Below are positions 10,440 to 21,200 of a stretch of 64,000 bases of DNA, piece by piece (position 1 is the first letter of the stretch; the number at the start of each line of letters is the position of its first letter). The stretch spans positions 5,456,001 to 5,520,000 of the forward strand of contig CATNEN010000001.1 in NCBI GenBank assembly GCA_950097015.1, in the 5' to 3' direction. Both the position numbers and the translations under genes were made by a program. The notes beneath the pieces are model-generated. The model was not told where the DNA came from. It saw only the letters and a program-made list of their open reading frames with translations, and made no database searches. Origin of the DNA: Macrostomum hystrix (taxonomy: Eukaryota > Animalia > Platyhelminthes).

Positions 10440-12877
10440 ATGAATTTCAAAGCTGTGTTTGTTCTTCTGGCGTGTAGCGCATTTGGTAAGTATATTGGAA
10501 ATGGATCTTTACTAGATCAGTTCTCGTAGGGCAGAATTTTACTTCAGAATTTCACTCATAATGCAAAAGGAGGGTGAGTAGCAGAGCGGTTAACGCGTTT
10601 GCCTCTCGCACCTAAGTTCGATTTCACGGCGAAGCCACATTCATTTTGGGCGCAGCCGCGGAGAGAAGCCTTGGGGGCTTGTCGTGCAAATTACGCCATT
10701 GAAGGCCAACCTCCAAGGCACAATGAAATGTACACTACCTGACGATGAGAAATTCAGGGCGGATGTACACACATGTGAGAGCATGTGTCTGCATACGGTA
10801 TCTGTGTGCGTGTATGCTCAGGAGTCTGCGAAATGGGCAGAATTGCCTCCTCGCGAGCTGCGGGTCTAGTGTCACTTTATGATGTGCCATTGCCTGCAGC
10901 CGTCCTGCAAATATTGTTACTCGTATAATATTCTCAGAACGTAAATTTCCATCTGTTTCAGTGACGGGCACAGAGTGCACCGGCACCATATTTAAGTTGG
11001 CAGACAGTGCGTCAATTGTGCTCAACTCTTCCGTGAGCAGCAGCGTGTTCGAGTTGGATGCCCAGACGCAAAGCCGTTGCCTAATTTTGTGCAAGCTTAA
11101 GAGCTGTGCAGTCGTCTCTTTTAATGAGACCAACAGTGTCTGTCGACTAGCCGTCATCAATGACAAGTCATCGGGTCCCTGTGGAAGTCACGTGACCAGG
11201 CAGCTGCTGGGATCGAGGCTGTGGAAGGCCGATGACTTCGAGATGCAACTGGAGAAAAAAATGAGCCATCCAGCTTCAAAAAGTCAGTTGAATCAGGGCA
11301 TTAATTTACTACTAACATATAGCTGCATTCAGGACTTTTGACCAGGAGGTCCGGATTATCAGTCTGAGGGACTGATAAAAACTGGGTACCAACATTAGGA
11401 GAATTATAAAACTCCGTTAGTTGTGGCGGATCGCGAGTCCATGGACTGCCCTGACTTTCTCATCGTCAGGCAGTGTACACTTTCACTGTGCCTTGGAGGT
11501 TGGCCCCCATTGCACAACAAGCCTCCCAGCCTTCTCTCCGCGGCTGCGTCCCAAATAAATGTGGCCTCGCCGCGAAATCGAGCTTAGGGATCTTAGTGCG
11601 AGATTCAAACGCGTTACCCGCTCTGCCACCGACCCCCTCTATACTACTCGTAAGTGAAGCCTTGTTTGAAACTTTGTTTTACAGATTTCGATTTTTCCTG
11701 CGACTGCACCGTCGCAGTCGACGATCGAAAGTTCCACGTGATTCAGCAGCGAATCAGCGACCGGTTCAGCTTCGCCCGTAGCTACGCCGAGTACGAGAAC
11801 GGCTTCGGAGACCGAGAAAACTGTTGGATCGGTGTGAAAACCTGTGCTTGTTTTCAAGGATCTAATGGCAGATATCGTTCATTTTCCTAGCTCTTCGTTT
11901 GTATGGTTTTCCATCGTCGATGAAAACATAAAAAGTTACATTTTCACAATCAATTTTTTGAGTCGCGTCATATTCAATGCAGAACCTCTCTTTTCGATTT
12001 CTAGCTCTAGGGTTCCGAAGTAGAATTACAGGATGGAATATGAATTAAGTTTATTTACATTACGCATCAGAGCATGGTTTTATTCCTTTTTGTAAACGGG
12101 AATAGTTTTTTAAAACAAATTAGCAGAACCACAAGCCGTAATTCAACAACAATTAGTGGGTCATTAACAGCATAATACTCAGCGGAATGCATTAGTGGAA
12201 ACGAAACATTTCATCAAAAGTTTTAGTATGCATGGGATTATTATGTTTGCCAGTCGTTATCTCACGATTGCCATTGATTGTCATTGGACTCGAATTATCT
12301 TTTGTGTGTTTTCGATAAATTAATCAAAAATGTACAAAAAACGTTTTTCTATGAAATGTTTATATATTATTTAGCAAGATAAGCAGCACTGGCTCCGAAC
12401 CAAATGCCAAGTTTGACAATGCAGAAACTGCAAACTATTTCAGGCCTGAAAAAACTGCACGAGGTTACGGGCTCCACGCCGCGCCTCATTCGCATTGAGG
12501 CGTTGAACCTGCAGAACCGGATGCTGTACGTGAGCGAGTTCTCTAGCTTTTCCGTTGCCAATGTCAGTGATCAGTACCGATTGAGAATCAGCGGCTACCT
12601 GAGAGACAGCTCCAATACAAGTGGAGAATCCTTCACCTATAACGACAATTTACCATTTTCGGCCATGGACGCTGGACCAAATAGGGCCTGCTCGGTGAAG
12701 GATGGAAACGCCGGATGGTGGTTTAGAAGCTGCACCTACGTCAATCCCAACGGCTATTTTAATCTGACGGAGATTGACAACAATCGTGACAAAGAACACT
12801 TCATGCAGTGGCGCTACGCTGCACCGGACTCAGTTAGACGGATGCTCGCCGGAATTCGTCTCATGCTCCAAGTATGA
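10440..12877 (+). CDS. Secreted PAN/apple-domain + fibrinogen C-terminal domain (FReD) protein. Exons 10440-10485, 10962-11282, 11685-11831, 12444-12877
   Basis: Signal peptide MNFKAVFVLLACSAF; PAN-like C-x3-C-x4-C-x3-SFN-x5-C-x-L; FBG motifs VIQQR..FARSYAEYENGFG..WIG|LKKLH, YRLRISGY, FSAMD, AGWWFRSCTYVNPNG. All introns are phase 1 GT-AG; AATAAA near 13000. Confidence 0.85.
10571..10925 (+). mobile_element. SINE family A copy in FReD intron 1
   Basis: Aligns by eye to the 9598 copy along its full length. Confidence 0.9.
11443..11637 (-). mobile_element. SINE family A, 5' half, antisense, in FReD intron 2
   Basis: Reverse complement of the tRNA head and body up to the CCTGACGATGAGAAAGTCAGG hairpin. 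Confidence 0.85.
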
Positions 12878-13035
12878 GCCCTCTAGATGCGCTAAAACTT
12901 GCTGCCGAAACAACTTGAAGAATTACTTTTCGGAAGGTTAGAAACATTTACAAACTCGCTCCTATTTACCGACGCAATTTTTCGTGAAATACAACTAATA
13001 ATAAACAAAATAACTAAATAACGAAACTAATCATC

Positions 13036-13445
13036 ATTCAAAATCTCACAGTCCAATTCAAAATCTCACAGTCCCATTCAAAATCTCACAGTCCCATTCA
13101 AAATCTCACAGTCCCATTCAAAATCTCACAGTCCCATTCAAAATCTCACAGTCTCATTCAAAATCTCACAGTCCAATTCAAAATCTCACAGTCCCATTCA
13201 AAATCTCACAGTCCCATTCAAAATCTCACAGTCTCATTCAAAATCTCACAGTCCCATTCAAAATCTCACAGTCCAATTCAAAATCTCACAGTCCCATTCA
13301 AAATCTCACAGTCCAATTCAAAATCTTACAGTCCAATTCAAAATCTCACAGTCCCATTCGAAATCTCACAGTCCAATTCAAAATCTCACAGTCCAATTCA
13401 AAATCTCACAGTCCCATTCACAGTCCAATCTCACAGTCCATTCAA
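13036..13445. repeat. 20-bp minisatellite (CATTCAAAATCTCACAGTCC)n
   Basis: About 20 tandem copies. Confidence 0.95.
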
Positions 13446-13796
13446 ACTCTCGTATTTTGTCAAGCCTAAAACGCGTATGTACTTCATCAAATACTCTTGC
13501 TACCTAAGTGCACATTGTGTAAATTATAATCTGGATCAATTGTAGTTATAGAAACACAATTAAGCTCTTAAGATGTCATTTGTAATTCAAGACGAAAAGA
13601 ACGATGCTAAATGCTTAGACAACGGATTATACATGCAGATCGATGAATTTACTGTGATCTGCCCTGGGCTCAGATAAACTGGATGTGAGACATGGGGAGA
13701 AATAAATCAGAGCTATCAGCTTCAGTGACACTGTTATATCCTTATTAAAATGATTTTTTTAGAAGAAAAAACCCGTTTTAAACTTTTCACAAAAAC

Positions 13797-14885
13797 AGTG
13801 TAACTTTCACTCAGATAGTGTACTTTTCACTCCGATAGTGTACTTTTCACTCCGATAGTGTACTTTTCACTCCGATAGTGTACTTTTCACTCCGATAGTG
13901 CACTTTTCACTCCGATAGTGTACTTTTCACTCCGATAGTGTACTTTTCACTCCGATAGGGTACTTTTCACTCCGATAGTGTACTTTTCACTCCGATAGTG
14001 TACTTTTCACTCCGATAGCTTACTTTTCACTCCGATAGTGTACTTTTCACTTCGATAGGGTACTTTTCACTCCGATAGGGTACTTTTCACTTCGATAGCT
14101 TACTTTTCACTCCGATAGTGTACTTTTCACTTCGATAGTGTACTTTTCACTTCGATAGTGTACTTTTCACTTCGATAGTGTACTTTTCACTCCTATAGTG
14201 TTCTTTTCACTCCGATAGTGTTCTTTTTATTCACTCCGATAGTACACTTGTCACTCCGATAGTGTTCTTTTTATTCACTCCGATAGTACACTTGTCACTC
14301 CGATAGTGTTCTTTTTATTCACTCCGATAGTACACTTGTCACTCCGATAGTGTTCTTTTTATTCACTCCGATAGTACACTTGTCACTCCGATAGTGTTCT
14401 TTTCACTCCGATTGTGTACTTTTCACTCCGATAGTGTTCTTTTCACTCCTATAGTGTACTTTTCACTTCGATAGTTTACTTTTCACTCTGATAGTGTACT
14501 TTTCACTTCGATAGTGTACTTTTCACTCCGATAGTGTACTTTTCACTTCGATAGTTTACTTTTCACTCCGATAGGGTACTTTTCACTCCGATAGGGTACT
14601 TTTCACTCCGATAGTGTTCTTTTTATTCACTCCGATAGTACACTTGTCACTCCGATAGTGTTCTTTTTATTCACTCCGATAGTACACTTGTCACTCCGAT
14701 AGTGTTCTTTTTATTCACTCCGATAGTACACTTGTCACTCCGATAGTGTTCTTTTTATTCACTCCGATAGTACACTTGTCACTCCGATAGTGTTCTTTTT
14801 ATTCACTTCGATAGTACACTTGTCACTCCGATAGTGTTCTTTTCACTCCGATTGTGTACTTTTCACTTCGATAGTGTACTTTTCT
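13797..14885. repeat. 20-bp minisatellite (TACTTTTCACTCCGATAGTG)n with interspersed higher-order dimer variants
   Basis: About 50 copies. Alternating TTCTTTTTATTCACTCC / TACACTTGTCACTCC variant blocks occur at ~14220-14400 and ~14615-14830. Confidence 0.95.
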
Positions 14886-15610
14886 AGTACTTTTCAGTCT
14901 AATTTTTACAATTTTTTAGTTCTTTTTTTAGATTGAAACCAAAACGTGCCGAAAACGTATAAATGCCAAAGTCAGCTTGACATTTTCCATTCGATTTCCT
15001 AGTCAAATTTATTCACTACAATTGATGTTCACACTCGATAGCATTCGCAATCACTTCACTGGTTCACACTTACCTCGCCTCATTATCTCACCATTCTCGA
15101 GTTATGTCGTGTTTTAGCATAGCTTACTTTCCCTAACAACCTTGTCAAGCAGCTTGTTTCCTGTACTAAGGCGAGAGACTTCGGTGAGAAGTGACACAAC
15201 AACCAGTGAGTTTTTCTACTCAGAGAAATCGAGAATGGAAAAACGACATACCGTCACTCCAAAGTCACCTGTCAGTTTCGCACGCTTCACGCTTCAGTTT
15301 TAACATACAATTTGCTGTAAGAAATAAATCGACTGGTAGAATGATGAGCTACTCTAGGTAGATAGTTCTTGATTTACTTGAAACTCAACTGCATAGAGAA
15401 GCATATACACCGTAGGTTACAACTTTTGGGTTTCGCAAAAAATGTTCGTTAATTAAGCTGCCCAACATTATAATGAAAGAATTTCATTAATTAGCCTAAT
15501 TATCTTTTGAAGTCACTAAGGGTATCCAGTAACGAAGAATGAAATGTGAAGTTAATTTAGCTAAAAGTACAAGGGGCAAAATACTTTAAACTATATTCGA
15601 TAACTAGGTA

Positions 15611-15958
15611 GCTACTCACTCTACATCTGGTCATTCAATGAGCAGTTACTCACTCTACATCTGGTCATGCAATGAGCAGCTACTCACTCTACATCTGATC
15701 ATTCAATGAGCAGCTACTCACTCTACATCTGGTCATTCAATGAGCAGCTACTCACTCTACATCTGATCATTCAATGAGCAGCTACTCACTCTACATCTGG
15801 TCATTCAATGAGCAGCTACTCACTCTACATCTGGTCATTCAATGAGCAGCTACTCACTCTACATCTGATCATTCAATGAGCAGCTACTCACTCTACATCT
15901 GGTCATTCAATGAGCAGCTACTCACTCTACATCTGATCATTCAATGAGTAACTACTCA
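15611..15958. repeat. 34-bp minisatellite (GCTACTCACTCTACATCTGGTCATTCAATGAGCA)n
   Basis: About 10 directly abutting copies with no spacers. Confidence 0.95.
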
Positions 15959-17892
15959 GTAGCTATCCAATCAGCATTTTGAATATGACTTAAAAGTTCA
16001 TTTGCGAGTAAACATTCTGTTGATACGAGTCAAGAGTAACGTGAGATCTGCACAAAGGGCTATGCAAAAAGCAGTCTCATTGTTGAAGCAGAAACGTCTG
16101 CTTATGTGGATGGAGGTTGGCTTGAAGACCCGATTAGGAAACTGGAAGGAAATTACAATGGGATGGGTGGGATTTTAGGAGAGGCGGATTAGGTAAAGTG
16201 TACAGAAATGAGCAGGAATTGGGCCTTGAATCCACTCTCCGTTAATCGTCTCGCTAAGCTCTTCATTAATCCCCTTAACAATAGAACTGTCACGTTCATT
16301 TGGGCGAATGTGCTGAAACAGGTAGCGAACAATGGGGAAGGGAATAATATTATTACCGTCCACCCTGTTTATTTTCAATATCCTAAATGGGAAAATTGTT
16401 TGTGAAGTGTAGCTGAGTTCTAGGCTTCTTTCAAATCAGATTTTGACTGGTAAAAATAAAAGAAGGATGCACGGTTCAAAGGCAAATCCTACAGTCGAAA
16501 GCTACTGTCGGATTAGTTAAACTTGTGTCAGAAAATGTGGCAACGGCTACTAGAGATGCTAGAGAAGCTTCAATGCAATGGAGGAAGAGGTACGCCAGAA
16601 GCTGTAGAGCGCCTAACCGGCTGCCACCACCCCGCAGAATCACCTATTTGCGGCGAGCCCCACCTAGTCCCTGCTGTCTCTAGTCTAGTCACTCAACCCC
16701 TCCCTAAACTACCCACCGGCCACCGGCTCAAGCCAGCTGCAACTGCTCCAGCAGTGTACGCGCACTCTTGCATGCATGCGCACACCCCTTCCTCCTTCAG
16801 CCGATTCTCGTCCTGTGGGGCAGTGAGTGTGAGCCCCAGAGCCCGTCAGAGCAGGGTAGGATAGGGGAATAGGAAGGAGACGTGTTTCTCCGTCTCTCTT
16901 ACCGCTCCAAGGGCCATGGCTACAATTCTTCTCCAATGTTCAAATTTTTCTTCCTCTGTTTTCCCATTGTAAGCGACAGTCCCACCTGAATTCTATAAAA
17001 TGACGCGCGCCGGTTACCGCCCCACAATAGAGAAATCCTCTCTGATTGACTACCGACTCTGCTCCCATTGAAGCCCCCGAGAGTCAACAAGCCTTCGTGG
17101 CCGTGAGCACGTTTTGTTGCTGGCGGACAAGTGCCTTACTGTCTATAATCCAGGTCTAGCTATCTGAGCCAAAAATAGAATCACAAAATATTTTATGGAT
17201 AAACTGTAGTTCTGTTTTATCGTAGTTTTTAATAGTTAGTATTCGTCTCGTCAAACAAAAAGCATTGTTTATTCTCTCGAGAATCTGTCTCGAGGAATTT
17301 CTTTCGCTTGGCAACTCTGATTTCGACGGTCGCCAGTTCTTCACTGAAGGAGGAATAGATAAGTTGGTCTATTCGTTTCGCTTCTAGCCAGAGAGAAGAC
17401 CCAACCCAGACAAAGAAGTTACCTTCTTTGCGTTGGCGCTCAAACTTTCTTCTCTCGGTATTTAGTATTTTCCTTCTTTCTAGCTTAGACGCTCTTCGCA
17501 GATAGATCTTTGCTTCTTCTTCACGTGGTTCTTTGCCTGGAAGAAGAGAAAAGAACTATTATTAATTACTGTTTTCCTTGAGAACTACAGCGGAGCTGTT
17601 TTGGGTTCTCCTATATTTGCTTGCTTGGTTTCACTGTTAATAAAGAAACTCTTTCTCAGGACTCCAATCTGTTGGTTTCCATACATTCGACTAGGCTCAA
17701 TATTTAATTACCTTCCACTTCATTCTCTTTTCAATTAAGCTCGAGTTGTTAGACCGCAATTGCGATAGTCCGCATCTTTAGCGCCCAGACAGACAGATAG
17801 ACTGACGCGTATAAATAAGAGAAAGTGACAGAAGAAACCCGCTGACTAAGAAAAAAACTATAAAAGTTTCTAAGCACATCAGAAAACGAAAC

Positions 17893-18285
17893 ATGACTGC
17901 CGTTTTGTGCGGATGTTTCGGACGACGAAGCCGATTTTCGCCGAGTTCGAATCGGTCGAACCGGCGTCAGCAGAGGCGACCAGTGACGCTGATCGACGAA
18001 GAGCTGCAGCGTCAGGAGCCTACGGTCGAATTCCAGCAAGCCAAACCGGTTGACCTTCAACAGCAGACAGCTGCCACTACCGTAAAGACGATGTCCCTGC
18101 CAGCTAGGCTGGTGGACTCTGGCGCCGGAGGCTGGGACAGGACTAGCAGCCCTCCAAAGAATTTTCAAGTCGAGCTGCAAGTTGATGCCTCCACAATTGC
18201 TCAACCGAAACTGCCAAATGACAAGACTGGGACATTCAAGCCTGAACCGGTTGGAATTCCGAATCAAACTGGAGATTTCTATGAG
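17893..18285 (+). CDS. Candidate ankyrin alternative first exon 1a (MTAVLCGCFGRR...GDFYE)
   Basis: 131-codon ORF from ATG ending in a phase-0 donor GTGAGT at 18286, compatible with the acceptor at 26044. Confidence 0.6.
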
Positions 18286-21200
18286 GTGAGTATTGATCAA
18301 TGAACTCGATTATTATCTTTATTTTTTCTTGATTAATTCTTTTATTGGGACAGGTTGGTTCTGTCGTTAGGAAGGTTGGTTCTGGCATTGGGAGGTTGGT
18401 TCTGTCACTGGGAAGGTTGGTTCTGGCATTGGGAAGGTTGGTTCTGACATAGGGAAAGTTGGTTCTGTCATTGGGAAGGTTGGTTCTGTCGTTGGGAAGC
18501 TTGGTTCTGGCATTGGGAGGTTGGTTCTGTCACTGGGAAGGTTGGTTCTGGCATTGGGAGGTTGGTTCTGTCACTGGGAAGGTTGGTTCTGGCATTGGGA
18601 GGTTGGTTCTGTCACTGGGAAGGTTGGTTCTGGCATTGGGAGGTTGGTTCTGTCACTGGGAAGGTTGGTTCTGTCGTTGGGAAGCTTGGTTCTGACATTG
18701 GGAAGGTTGGTTCTGACATTGGGAAAGTTGGTTCTGTCACTAGGCAGGTTGTTTCCGTCTTTACGGATGTTGGTTCCATTGGTTGGCTAAGAATAGTGCT
18801 AGGCTAGGCTAAATGCTGTTAATTTTATAACATTTTTCGTAAATACTTTTGCAACACAATGCCGCATACAACTTTCTCTGTTAGCAGCGTTTAAGCAGTC
18901 ATAGCTTGGTTAATTTTAAAAGCGCTCACGGTTGACTGAGTCACTTTTCGAAAACAAAACTTCCTGCTTGTCCTTTTTTTACCTATCATTCTCTACATGA
19001 CGACGTAGAAAATAAACTAAGCTGCTTCAAGCGAAGCGAAAATTATGCGAAAAAATGAGATTGTTCCATTAAAATCAGCCAACATATAGGCCTTAAAATG
19101 TTGAGTTAGGAAGAAAAAATAAATTTGTGTCATTTTCTAGCCAAGACAGTTACATTATTGCTCAGTTTTTTCTTCCATAAATAATTTAACGAACACGAAA
19201 ATTCCTCTGCAACTGGTTAAAACACCCTCGCCTCTGGTTAAAACACCCTCGCCTCTGGTTAAAACACCCTCGCCTCTGGTTAAAACACCCTCGCCTCTGG
19301 TTAAAACACCCTCGCCTCTGGTTAAAACACCCTCGCCTCTGGTTAAAACACCCTCGCCTCTGGTTAAAACACCCTCGCCTCGGGTTAAAACACCCTCGCC
19401 TCTGGTTCAAACACCCTCGCCTCTGGTTAAAACACCCTCGCCTCTGGTTAAAACACCCTCGCCTCTGGTTCAAACACCCTAGCCTCTGGTTCAAACACCC
19501 TCGCCTCGGGTTAAAACACCCTCGCCTCTGGTTCAAACACCCTCTCCAAAAATTTGTCGATCACGAAATAGCATTACTAAGAGAGAAAAATAAATAAATA
19601 AGTATTTTGTAGTCTACAAGCTGAAATTGGAAGTTCAAAAGAAAAATAATATATTTTATAGTCTCAAATACCCCTCTTGTAAAGCTATACAATCACGTTT
19701 CGTTGACTCTGGAGTAATTTGTGTCGCTTGTGGCGTTAAAAATCGTTTGAATTTTAAGAGAAACGCTCGATTAAGTTGAAAGTCCCGTCAAGATTACGTT
19801 ATCTGAATGGTAATGTCTATTTCTGTTTGGCATAAAACGCTCTTTGCATTCTTCACTTCTACTTGTGAGTAGTCTGACGGATATTTAAATTTGGGCCAGA
19901 TGTAAAACCAGTGGCACAACCGAAGCCAAAGCGCGGCGCTTCCAAAGAAATTTTTACAGCCGTTCAGTCCGTGGACTGGCCGACCCCAATTCAACCCTCG
20001 GGGGAACTGAAGCGCCCGGGTGTCTTGCTGACTTACTGAAAGACACCAAAGAATTCCCCTGCGTCTGAGACTCGAACTCCCGACCTCCAGGTCAGAAATA
20101 TGAAGCTCAAAACACTGCAAGCTCCGATGTTAGACCGAATAGACACCTGCAAAACAGGATAGACACCTGTCGGAGGTTGGACAGGATATACACCGGGGTG
20201 TGAGTGGCAGAGCGGTCTGACGCCTTTGCATCTCGCACCAAGGTGCCTGAGTTCGATTCCGCGGTGAGACCACACATTTGGGGCGCAAACGCGGAGAAAA
20301 GGCTTGGGGACTTGTCGGTCAATTTACGGCCTTGAGCGCCAACCTCCAAGGCACAGTGAATTGTACACTGCCTGTCGATGAGAAAGTCAGGGTAGATGTA
20401 CACACTTGTGTAAGCGAGTGCCTGTGTACGGTATCTGTGTGCGTGTGTGCTCAGGAATCAGCGAAACGGGCAGAGTTGCTTTCTCACTGACTGCGGGTCT
20501 AGTGTCACCAAAGGATGTGCCATTGCCCGCAGCCCTCCTGAAATTCATAATTTTTTATTAGCATATACACATGTCAGACATGATAGAAACATTTATTATT
20601 ATTTTTTACTGACAGCATTGGTAACAATGTAAGTTGCTGAATAATTTCTCTGTCTCACTGGGACCCGAGACGGCAGTTCAAAGCCAAGCAGCTAGATTGA
20701 GTCCATCTATCGATCTGTAAAGTTGCGCATTTCTTACAGTCGATAAAACTGACTCATAAAAACTGTCTGTCCTGATTAACGACCTAACGCCAGAATCGTC
20801 ACAATCAAACTGGTCATTCGACTTGATCAATTTTGCACTTTTATGTCTGGTATAATTCTAGATCCAATCAGATTTCACTCGCAATCGATCGGAGAGTCCA
20901 CGAGGGGGAGAGAAGATTTGGGGATTTTCGGAGATATAAAAATTTGGAATCTTGGCGTAGATTGTAGATTTCTCTCTAACAAGTAGGACAAGTCCGATTC
21001 TTCGTGAAAAAAATATATTTTACGACGATGAAATGACATAGCATCATCGTAGACATGGCAATGAGCTTCTATGAATTAGACAGCTCATTGTCGTTGCTTC
21101 TAGAAGCGGACGCCGCCCAGTTGTCAGCTAGCCGATTGGTCGCCTCGCAAACGATTGGCGATTTGAAATCCGAGGTAAGCTTAGACGAAAGAGGGGCCAT

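Noticed and set aside
15611-15958. 34-bp repeat of CRISPR-like length
   Set aside because: Units abut directly with no unique spacers, the context is eukaryotic and there are no cas genes; it is a minisatellite.
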